Below, in pieces: positions 11,578 through 21,325 of a stretch of DNA of 64,000 nt. Position 1 is the first letter of the stretch; each line of letters opens with the position of its first letter. Source of the DNA: Macrostomum lignano (taxonomy: Eukaryota); the NCBI GenBank assembly GCA_002269645.1, contig NIVC01000581.1, forward strand, positions 1 through 64,000, in the 5' to 3' direction. The position numbers and the translations under genes are program-made. A model generated the notes under the pieces. The model did no database searches, was not told where the DNA came from, and saw only the letters and a list, made by a program, of their open reading frames with translations.

Positions 11578-12033
11578 TCACATCCGCATTATTGTAAACC
11601 CAGCATTGTGCAGTGTCATGATAGCTTTGACAATGTCAGACTTGCTTACAGAATTTTCATGCTCACAATCATCACAATCATCAAAATCAGGGCAACCATC
11701 TCCTGCCTTAATTGTTATACCTTTATCTCTTGCAATCTTTTGCAATTCAAGCTGGTGGGCTCTATCATTACCAGCTTTAACAGCAGTTGCTACACCTCCA
11801 GCTACACCACCTGCGGCACTTACGGCGCCTGCAATGATTGGGATAAGAGCTGCTAATGGTAGGATTCCTCCTGACTTTTCATCTGTGATGCTGTGTCTTT
11901 GCTCATTACACTGAACTTTTTGCTGCACGGGATCGATTTTTACTTTGGCACCTTTAATTGATATAAGACCTGGTTTCTTTGATTCAATGATTTTATTGAG
12001 TTTATTGATGGTTCTGGTTTCAATCTTTGTCAT
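11578..12033 (-). CDS. Adenovirus pX/Mu-precursor-like virion protein (intact, 151 aa)
   Basis: SGGILPLAALIPIIAGAVSAAGGVA closely resembles adenovirus pX RGGILPLLIPLIAAAIGAVPGIA. Confidence 0.75.
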   Translation of the reverse strand: MTKIETRTINKLNKIIESKKPGLISIKGAKVKIDPVQQKVQCNEQRHSITDEKSGGILPLAALIPIIAGAVSAAGGVAGGVATAVKAGNDRAHQLELQKIARDKGITIKAGDGCPDFDDCDDCEHENSVSKSDIVKAIMTLHNAGFTIMRM

Positions 12034-12049
12034 TTTTTATTTTAATATT

Positions 12050-13045
12050 TTAATTAATTTCTGTGTCAGCCGGTATCACTAGGAGTTCAGCTCTAGTGAA
12101 TGACCGCGTGGGGGATTTAGGGTTAAAGGCCTGAGATAAAAAGTAATAGTCACCAGAGTCGGAGGTAAAATGTCTGTCTATTTTATGTACATCAAGGCTG
12201 AAGTATGGATCTGTAGCTCTTCTTTTAGTGTCTTTCTCTAGCTCTCCAGGTAGATATAAAAAGCGTAGAAACTCAGAGTTTGTCAGTATATATGGTGATT
12301 CAACTCCTGGAAGCTTAGGGTAGTTCGAGGTGTCTGTTCTATGAGATGACTTAAGTTCGACAGTGTCTTGTTTAATTGCATGGGACGGTTTCAATCCAGT
12401 CATACGTGTGACTTCATTGTTCAGTTGCTCTATAACAGTGGGGAGCCGGTCTGTCCACTTGGTATAGTATTGGCCACTTTTTAGTTTCAGCTCTACAGCT
12501 GTCTGCTTAGTGAATAGCCTCTTGGCTAGAGTTAGATTGAATCTCTCAACGTACGCTTGGTCTCTGTGCAAGTTTGTTCTGCCATAGCGAATCTCTGTGT
12601 CATGCTTATGTAGAAGTGATTTCACTGCACCCATGAATTCTTTGCCAGGATCAGTCATAAAGGTTTCAGGGTAGCTAAGGGGTGAGTTTTTATAAATATC
12701 TTGGAGGGCGGCTGCAACTGCTTCTGACTTCTTCGTCTTAAGCGGTCTCGCTTCCTTATATCTGGAGGCAACATCTGTAATTGTGAGAGCATACTTGTAG
12801 CCCGAGTCATTGGGGAGAAACAGAAGATCTGCTTGGTGCGCCTCATTAGGTTTATAAATACTGAAATGGGGCCTTTCAAATTTTACTGGTGGGAAATAGA
12901 CTTGGTAGACTGCTTGCTTAGAGAGCCACTTTTCTACTTTAGCTTTTGGTTCCTTACTTAGTTCTGCGAGTTTGGTGACTGCATTTTTTCCTACAAAGAA
13001 TCCTTTGTCGCTGTAGTAGAGTTTTTTAAGTTTCTGATCTGTCAT
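12050..13045 (-). CDS. Retroviral-type (rve) DDE integrase, intact, no C-terminal chromodomain
   Basis: HQADL (D), TDPGKEF (D), VERFNLTL (E). Confidence 0.95.
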   Translation of the reverse strand: MTDQKLKKLYYSDKGFFVGKNAVTKLAELSKEPKAKVEKWLSKQAVYQVYFPPVKFERPHFSIYKPNEAHQADLLFLPNDSGYKYALTITDVASRYKEARPLKTKKSEAVAAALQDIYKNSPLSYPETFMTDPGKEFMGAVKSLLHKHDTEIRYGRTNLHRDQAYVERFNLTLAKRLFTKQTAVELKLKSGQYYTKWTDRLPTVIEQLNNEVTRMTGLKPSHAIKQDTVELKSSHRTDTSNYPKLPGVESPYILTNSEFLRFLYLPGELEKDTKRRATDPYFSLDVHKIDRHFTSDSGDYYFLSQAFNPKSPTRSFTRAELLVIPADTEIN

Positions 13046-13075
13046 TTATTTAAAAAGAAAATTTTAAATAAAATA

Positions 13076-13576
13076 ATGCAACACTCTGGTGGTAAGTTAG
13101 ATTCACATGGACTGATAGAAAAGCTTCCTCATCCAAACAAAGGCTGGACACTTCCCGGCTATAAATATTGCGGGCCTTTGAATCCACTTGAAATACAGTT
13201 AGATACAAACGATAATCCAAATCCTGGGCATGAGCCTGTGAACGAGCTAGACTCTGTCTGCATGTGGCACGATGTTAAATATAGAGATTTTCCTGAGGAG
13301 AAGAATCGCTGGGACAAAGAAATGCTTAAGAGACTAGACAATATAGGGGCTTCAAGCGGATTTCGTGAGTCGATTGCTCGGAAGCTAGTTAAAGCTGTTA
13401 TTTTTAGTAAGGCAAAGTTGGGGTTGGGGGTTGAAGGCGAGGGCGGGTGCACAGGGAGAGAGGGCTGGTGCACGAGGAGAGAGGGCGGAGGCTCAGGAGC
13501 GGGGTTTATTTTGTGCGCTCCTAACAAACAAATGGGAAGACTGCTGAAAGAGCTGGGGGTAGAGAGGGGCGCTTGA
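13076..13576 (+). CDS. Parvovirus VP1u-type phospholipase A2 virion protein (intact)
   Basis: LPGYKYCGPLN calcium loop and NELDSVCMWHDVKY catalytic HD, followed by KLGLG. Confidence 0.92.
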   Translation: MQHSGGKLDSHGLIEKLPHPNKGWTLPGYKYCGPLNPLEIQLDTNDNPNPGHEPVNELDSVCMWHDVKYRDFPEEKNRWDKEMLKRLDNIGASSGFRESIARKLVKAVIFSKAKLGLGVEGEGGCTGREGWCTRREGGGSGAGFILCAPNKQMGRLLKELGVERGA

Positions 13577-13789
13577 ATCGGGAAGGATTTAAAAAAAAGA
13601 CTCATCGATATTAAATTTTAATAAGTGAAGAGCTTGGTTAAATATTTTATTTTATGTTATTAAACAAAAAACATTAATACAAAGTTGTTCAAAGTTACAT
13701 AATAATTTGCTTAGTTAATTCATTCAGTTATTATTACATTGAAAACTACTATGAGTAGGGTTAGCTTCGAAAAAATTCTAAACAGTCCA

Positions 13790-14225
13790 GGATTTTTTCC
13801 AGGATTTTATCAATGTAAGCTACTCATAGCAGTCTTCTAAACACTTTCGTGGATCTCCAGGATTTTTTTTAAACTCGTGCCAATTCCTGACAATACAGGA
13901 ATTCCTGACAATACAGGAATTCCTGACAATACAGGAAAGTCTTTTACTGGATTTTTTCCAGGATTTATCAATGTAAGCTACTCATAGTAGTCTTCTAAAC
14001 ACTTTCGTGGATCTCCAGGATTTTTTTAAACTCGTGCCAATTCCTGACAATACAGGAATTCCTGACAATACAGGAAAGTCTTTTACTGGATTTTTTCCAG
14101 GATTTTATCAATGTAAGCTACTCATAGTAGTCTTCTAAACACTTTCGTGGATCTCCAGGATTTTTTAAACTCGTGCCAATTCCTGACAATACAGGAATTC
14201 CTGACAATACAGGAAAGTCTTTTAC
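13790..14225. repeat. Three ~140-160-bp direct repeats holding seven TTCCTG-ACAATA-CAGGAA 18-mers
   Basis: Units at 13790-13948, 13949-14087 and 14088-14225. The 18-mer junctions form the palindrome CAGGAATTCCTG. Confidence 0.95.
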
Positions 14226-14228
14226 GAT

Positions 14229-15050
14229 TCAAAAATGAAGATTTCGAAACTGCGGCAAGTCATTGTTGAGAAGCTCATCCTCATCCTCTTCCATTTCCGT
14301 CACGCCAGATCGTCCTGAAGCACTTGCAACAGGTGATCGTCTTGGAGAAGTTGAAGCGCCTTGCACACCAGAGCCTCCACTAAATGTTGGAAGTGGATCT
14401 TCTTCAAGCAGGCTTGCAAAGTTGGCGTTCTCATCACAACGGCGCTCAATAGCCGACTTGAATTTCAGGATGGTATCCATAGAGTATGATGAGCAGAGTA
14501 GACCACGATATCGCGATGCGAACTTTGCAAAGTTGGCTAGACGTTCGGTGTACTTGACGGCTATCTTGAGTTTGATAGCGATGGCGGCTAGAGTAAGACC
14601 TCTCTTCTGCTGTAGATAGATGATCAGACGTCCTTGGGCAAAGTTGGCTAGACATTTAATGATATCTAAATCCTCAACAAGTTGAACTAAATCCTTAAAC
14701 CGGGTCTGAATCTCAGAATCTTCCAAATCCTCGCTGTCATCAATCGGCCGAAGAAGATCCTCAAGTCCATCGAATCGTGTTTTAACAACAACATCATTGC
14801 GAAGATTCTCTTCTATTTTCGCTTGCAGCCGTTGAAGGAATCGGCGAACTTCCTCATTCTTGTCGATTTTTTTCTCTTCCTTCTTAGCTTTCTTCGTCTT
14901 TTCACTAACAGCTTGTTCCAGTTTCTCAAAAGATTTCAAAAGGGCTCGGCGCTCCTCATCAGATAGTTTAGTAAGTTCTATCGTTAAAGATCTTTGGTCT
15001 CGTTTTGATACTTCACTAAATAAGTTAGCTATTTCAATAGCGCTATCCAT
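14229..15050 (-). CDS. Orphan 273-aa protein: coiled coil, possible HTH, acidic tail (intact)
   Basis: Long open frame with GLTLAAIAIKLKIAVKYTERL (HTH-like) and a C-terminal EMEEDEDELL. Confidence 0.75.
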   Translation of the reverse strand: MDSAIEIANLFSEVSKRDQRSLTIELTKLSDEERRALLKSFEKLEQAVSEKTKKAKKEEKKIDKNEEVRRFLQRLQAKIEENLRNDVVVKTRFDGLEDLLRPIDDSEDLEDSEIQTRFKDLVQLVEDLDIIKCLANFAQGRLIIYLQQKRGLTLAAIAIKLKIAVKYTERLANFAKFASRYRGLLCSSYSMDTILKFKSAIERRCDENANFASLLEEDPLPTFSGGSGVQGASTSPRRSPVASASGRSGVTEMEEDEDELLNNDLPQFRNLHF

Positions 15051-15069
15051 TTTGTAGTATAATCCTATA

Positions 15070-15192
15070 AGGCGAGGTTAGTGGCGGTGCAAGTCAAAAA
15101 TAAGAAGTTGCTGGCGCGGCGAGGTTAGGCAAAGCAGGGCGAAGCGGAGCAGGTGGGGCGAGGGGCGGTGTGAATGGGCTGTATATATACCA
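15070..15192. promoter_or_regulatory. GC-box cluster plus TATATATA, putative Pol II promoter of the 14229-15050 ORF
   Basis: Repeated GGCGAGG/GGGGCG motifs and GTATATATAC at ~15181-15190, about 135 bp upstream of the ATG. Confidence 0.4.
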
Positions 15193-15426
15193 TTGGTGTG
15201 GGCTCGAGAATCCACGGATTCTCTTTTTGTTCTAGAATATTCAAGAATTCGAATTCTAGAAGGGGAACCTGCAGATTTTCTATTTATAGGTATGATTTTC
15301 TATTAATGGTTGATTGGGGTTGCCAAAGCGGAAAGAGATTGGAAAGCATGTGTGGAACACATGGCATGGGTTTTATTTTTAGAACTTACGTCCACACTCT
15401 ACAAGGTACAACCTCGTAGTTGGCAA

Positions 15427-15663
15427 CTACAATTGCCTAATGATTTCTGCAAAGTTATAATAGCTGTCGTAATCGTTAATGACTACTCCATACTTATGAA
15501 ACCAATGTCTTTGGAGAGCTAGATTAATATTAGGGGCATTGATATCAACATCGGGCCAATATTTTCTCATGTACTCGCTGCATTCCTTCCTGCATTGGTA
15601 CTTACTCTTGTAATTAGGCTCGTGCGCTTTGTAATAAGAACCTGGAGAGACAACTGGAAACAT
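15427..15663 (-). CDS. 78-aa ORF inside the right TIR (intact copy)
   Basis: Open frame whose stop codon sits at the inner TIR boundary; paralog at 436-670. Confidence 0.7.
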   Translation of the reverse strand: MFPVVSPGSYYKAHEPNYKSKYQCRKECSEYMRKYWPDVDINAPNINLALQRHWFHKYGVVINDYDSYYNFAEIIRQL

Positions 15664-16117
15664 TTTTAGAGAAAAATTAGATTTTTTTCAATGGGTAAGG
15701 ACCCTGCGCTGATGATTTAAAGTCTTAGGGATGTGGTAGCACGTTGCGGATTGAATGTGTGGAGAAGAATGCAGATTATTTTCTGATTGTTTTAGAAATG
15801 TTATGGGTGGATGTCGGTGTCAATGAGCATAACAGGTGTTAGTGGACATCTGTTATGCTCTGATTCTGTCAGGGATAGTAATGGATGGATTTAATAGGAT
15901 TATGTTCGAAGTTTTCGGAGCAAGTGCGGCCCCTCCCCTTTTTCATGATTCTGTCAGGGATAATATGGATGGATTTAATGGGATTATGGAGGACGTTTTG
16001 TGAGCGAGTGCGACCCCCCTTTTTTTCTGATTCTGTCGGGAATAATATAGATGGATTTAGGTGGATTATGGAGGAGGTGAAAAATTTTGTCCTAGAAGCC
16101 CCCTCATGCCTTCTACT
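15429..16117 (-). repeat. Right terminal inverted repeat
   Basis: Reverse complement of 1-668 plus the terminal 9 bp. The outer part differs from the left copy mainly by 1-nt indels; the inner ~200 bp also carries substitutions. Confidence 0.95.
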
Positions 16118-19100
16118 GTCCTTTAAATTTCAAAACTATATTTTGAAAGCTGAAAATATAGAAAATACTTACTACTTGGCATTTCTGAGCTATACTCCTG
16201 CATTCCAGTAGCACAATGAAGAAATGTTGCCACAATTGCAATGAATTTCTAAAATGTTAGTCATAAGAGAAACTTAGCATGATATAGCAAATACAGCTGA
16301 CTAAAAAACTATTTAAATATTTACTTACAAAGATGAACAACATTTACAAGAAAGCATATAAAATTCTGAAAGATATAAATGAAGATATACTTGTAATAAT
16401 TTAACAATATGCAAAATTATGCTAAAGTAGTAACTAAAGTGCAATGTATATTTCTATAGGTTTTTATTGCAATATAAAAAGCAAAGTATAAAAATGGCTG
16501 ATTATTGTTTCACAATAAATTCCTAATAGCCTTAGAAGTACCTGGAAAGTGGTATAGGCCTAGCAGATTATATAACTTGGTTTTGTATAATATATAATTT
16601 ATTGTACAATTTGGCATATAGACAAATATTTTAGTAAAGGTGCCTAAACATTTTTTTAATATATTGGTGCCAAGGTCTATCTACTCCTTTACCATTTGCA
16701 TAAATTCCAAAATTGGTTTATGAAATTTTACCATTTGATTATTTTCATGCCTAATTAGAAAGGCTGTTCTAGCCACCTGAAATTTGAAAAAAATAAAGCA
16801 AGAATTCTACTATAGACTGAAAACAATAGTATATACACTCGCTAAAAATGTTATAGTAAATATATCCTATAAATATAAAGCTCTCTACAAATATAAAGCT
16901 CTTCTACAATGAGGCTCTTGTTAGAAGTCTACTAGGATCTTGTCTTTATTAAACCTTAATAAGACTTTTAAAATTCTTGTCTTGACTCATTTTACAATTT
17001 TAAGAAATATAAAAAAGACAACCCATTATACAATCGGTTTTACTTATATGATAAAAATGATAAAAATGATAAAGAGAGTAAAGATAATAAAGGGAGAGAA
17101 TAAAGAACATAGTCAAAGGCAATCACATTGATTGGCATTTGAGCACTATAGATATGTTTTGCATTGTCCATAGTAACAATATTACTGTGAGCTATACTCA
17201 TATGTCTTTACTATAAGATAAGTGATTGTGCCTTCTGCATGGTGGGTGAGTTACTAGATTTTTGTGGATGCAGCTTCTTGGCTACATGAGTCTTAACCTT
17301 TTTACTCTGTTATCATGAATCTGTGTTCTAGTGGATGTTGGCAACCTGCATATGCATGCTTTCTGCCTTGCCACTAATGTATCCCTTTATTTATAGGCTG
17401 CCAAGCTGTGTCGGATACTCTTAGCCACCACAACAGTGGCACCACCTTGCTGCTAAGTGCCTTATACCAAGGAGAGCCATCAATAGACATGTCTTAGAGT
17501 GGCATAAGTTCTGTCTGCAATCTAGTTAGGACTTGGTCTATTGCCTTGTGGTAGCATTGCTCTGGTTTACCTTCTGGTTTACCATCTGGTTTACCTTTTA
17601 GGCACCAGGATACACTCCTTTAGTGATATTTCCTGTTGTGGCTAGCTCCCTATTGCTCTGGTTCTAAGTCAAATCTATGCTAGACTAGACCTGACCATGG
17701 ATACTGCCATAACACTGCTTCTATGTGGCACCAAGTGCGAGTTGAGAATGCAAGCTACCAAGAAGCAGCTAGTATCCCTCTTCATGCTAGTGGAGCTGTG
17801 GCACCAACAACTAATGTTTATTGACAGGCCTGCAACTAGACCACTTTTTCAACAGCAAGCTAGCCATGGCCTATTTCAAGCAAAAAGTTCTTCTTTGCCC
17901 ACAGCCTGTGACAAGGGGATGCAACCTAGGTGTTGATGCTAGGTCTACCTATGTTGGATGTCATGCTGGCTAGAGAAATGTTGGCCTATGTTGGCTAGAG
18001 AAAAGAAGCAACACAATGCAGCAGTACCTGCCATAGTTCCATCAGATCAGATGGCGGGAGTATCTGTTTCATTTTCTTATGTGGTCTGTGCCCTGTTTAA
18101 GTCACATTTTAGTGTTATTTGCATTCTTTTACATTTCCTGCTAATGCTAATATTGCTGATTTTAATTTTCCTTTTTTTTTCTTTAATCTCGGCTTTGGAG
18201 GCTTTTGCTTTGCCTTTGTATTCTTGTAATCTCTGTGTTCCTCTGTTTACTTGTGGTGCTCTTTCTAGGTTGGGCACTAATGCCTTGGTTTTCTCTGAGG
18301 CATGCTAATGAGCAAACCACATTTAATACTTATAGGGGGCTGGGTTTATGCCTGGGTCTGCAGGGTTGGCATGGGGGTTGTTTATTGTATTGGTTTTTAT
18401 CCTCCTATGTGCAGTAGTCTTCCTCTTTCTGCCTGCTTAGGCATTAGAGTTTTTATGTCTAGTTTTGCAGGAGCTTTTATGTTCGAGCTCTTGTTAACCT
18501 TGGACATTTAAAAAAATTCTCTTTGTTTTTTATTTAGCTATTGATGCAGTGTTTGTCACTAAATATACAAGCTTAGAGGCCACTGCTTTGCCTCTGTGTT
18601 CTTGCCAACCTTTGTATTCATCTGTTTTCTTAAGGTGTTCTATCTAGACTAGGTAAATATATTCTTGGACTTGTAGTTATAATAGCTAGCAATATGAGCC
18701 TAGAGGTCTTAATGCTTTATTTATAGCATTCTTATCAACTGTTACTTGCTAATAGTGCTTTGCAATCATTTGCAACCATTTTTGTAGCCTGTGTTGTACA
18801 TCTATAGGCTTTTTAAACTTATTCAAATATGGTTCCTAGTCTCCTAGACAAGTATAATTTATACTTGAGCTATATAAGTTATATAACCTTAAGTTTATTA
18901 TGTGAAAGCTCACTAAAACTATAACATCTAAAGTCATAATTAACTAGGCTTAGTTAGCAACAACATACTATATTTGTGCCAGCATATAAAAAAATCTATT
19001 TTTGTTGTTATTTATTATTGCCTTACCATCATTAATCAGCCTTATTCTTCAGTTGCTTCAATGTTTTTAGAACCATTAAAAGTAAGTATATATAAGTAAA

Positions 19101-20230
19101 TAACATGTTTTAATACTGTAATTATACTATTACTAATATCTTTTATGTTTGTTTAAATTTGTCCGCCATTTTTATTAGTAGCCATATAAATATGAGTAAA
19201 ATATAAGGTAAAGAAATAACCTTTGTGTTCTTGCAGTCTCGCGAGTTTGCAATCTTCTGCTTCCAGTGAATGAACAGTTTGTTCTAAAAATAGAAGTGAT
19301 TCAGCTTTTAGTCTTCCTTTCTTTCCTGAATAACCCCCCTCTTTTCCCTTGAAGCGCCGACCGCTTCTCCCTTCCCAGCGAACACTTCCCTTCCCCCTTG
19401 TAGAAAGAACTGTGCTTCCCTTGACCCCTCTCCCCCAGTTGTGTATGCATTCAAGCCTCCCTCTCCCCTTCCCCTAATGCATAGGCCACCTAGTCTTTGC
19501 GTGCTCCTAGCAACTTATCTCAAGTTTTAGAATTTAGACAGTCCTCTTCCCCTATACTCTTTCCCCATTAGGCCCATTCCTTACCTAATGTCAGCAGAGC
19601 ATTCCCTATTAAATATTGAAATTCCCCATTAGTGCGTTTCCTAGGCAACTCTAATCCATTGCGTAGCCCTATTCGGATTAATTTATATAGACAGTGTCTT
19701 GCCGCTAGGACACTCAAGCTGCCAGGAGTAACTTTAGAGCATACTCCTTCTAGTAGTGATATTTGCATATTTTCTCCCTAAATTCTAAAGAAACCCCCAA
19801 AAATCCCCTGTAATAATCTAGTATCAGCAACAGAATAAAGTTAATATACCCCGACCCCTACAACAATTTGGTAACAGCAATATAATTAATAATGGAGAGC
19901 AAAAAAGGTCTGCTACATATTATTTCTAACCAACACTCATGTTCAACATGCCTTCCAAGTAGTGCTAACAATATGGCACTAGTAATTTGTCTTTAGTACT
20001 AAAATGATGACCAATTCTTGGATTATCTAGATTTCAATTCTGAAAAGGCACATTTTTGAAGCCAAGCTATTCATACTAGGCCTATGCCTGATATTTATAA
20101 TATTAGGGACTCCAATAAGATTTTAAAAGTTAAAAAAATTCAATACAATTGAGCAAGTACAAGTAACCCTGTTGTATGCCTGGAGATCCCAGCGTACATG
20201 TCGCTTTCTATTTCCAAACATGGCGTGGCA

Positions 20231-20480
20231 TTTGTGGAACTTGGTGGTCCTTATAATAGCGAAGTAGACAGATAAATCATACTTCTTTTAAAAACTTCAA
20301 GTACTTTAATTATTACCAAGGACAAGGTGCACATTATTAGCCTGTTCAGTGGGTACTTGGCATGGTCAAGTGTGGTGCCAGGAAGTGCATCATTATTCCT
20401 GTTGTTGACCTCGCAGCTGCAACACTGCTTGCCACTGGTTCATCGCCACATTACAATAGGCAAAGATGTCAAATTTGATT
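20231..20480 (+). pseudogene. Merlin (IS1595/ISXO2-like) DDE transposase remnant
   Basis: Across frames: ELGGP..EVD, KY..YQGQG, QWVLGMVKCGARKCIIIPVVD.AAATLL / LPLVHRHITIG. This matches the ISXO2 pattern LGG..VEIDE..KY.RGR..WVFG..R..V.DR..TL..I..HI..G. Confidence 0.6.
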
Positions 20481-21325
20481 ACACCTGCGTATAAATATAC
20501 GATATGACGACGAAAAAGTATAAAGGAATTTAAAAAGGCAACTAACTATATCCACTCGTCCTAGATTGAAATCGGCCTATGCAATCCTGGCAATGTATGC
20601 GATGAAAACGATAACTCTACGACTTAGTCCCTCTCTTATAGTTTTTTTATTCCTTTTTTCGGTGTCTTGGAAAATTAAATGTTTAATTTATGAATTAAGC
20701 TATAGTTCTGATAAACAAAAACTTACATAGGCTTTTGTAAAAGTAGCTTAAAACTTTTTTTCTCATTAGAATACTTTCAGTAAAGTTTGATTAATGCAAA
20801 AATGTAAGAAATTGTTTAACAACTTTGCATTGTTTTTTTAATTCTTTACAGAGCTAGCTGCTTCTTTCAGAGAGGGGCTCTTCATATTGCTTATTTGCTT
20901 GTTCTGGTTCTAGAACCAGATCCAATTTGTAAAGTATAACTTTTTGTCTCCTAAACAAGAGGGATATTAGTGCTTTAAAATTGATATTATTGAATGGCAA
21001 TAGCCAAGAAGAAAGTGAAAAATTGTGCAAAGTGAGGCTGTTAAGGCAGTCTAACATTCAACAAAGTTAAATAATTATGCTGCTTTTTTTCTTGGAAATC
21101 CGAACCGATTCTGGTTCTGTAATCGATTGCCGTGAAGAGGCTCAGAGTATATTTTTTGTTAGCAACTTTATGTTATAGGGACAACTTATGTTATTAAAAT
21201 ACCATTTTTGTGTTACCAAGGAATGTACAATTAGGAATAGGAATAGAAAAGAAGTGAAATGTTAAGTGAAATACGAATCCAATTTAATTATAGCTTTATT
21301 TTAACTTCTATTCTAGTCCATACAT

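Larger units (their letters stand above)
1..16117. mobile_element. Polinton/Maverick (adintovirus-like endogenous dsDNA virus), nearly full length; the left end lies about 9 bp before the window
   Basis: Long TIRs enclose pPolB, rve integrase, A32 ATPase, adenain, MCP and penton. The right end reads ...CATGCCTTCTACT (16117), whose reverse complement AGTAGAAGG matches the AG-starting Polinton terminus. Confidence 0.96.

Noticed and set aside
17640-18520. Decayed Lys-rich reading frame on the minus strand
   Set aside because: Probably a TE ORF remnant, but no motif could be recognised.
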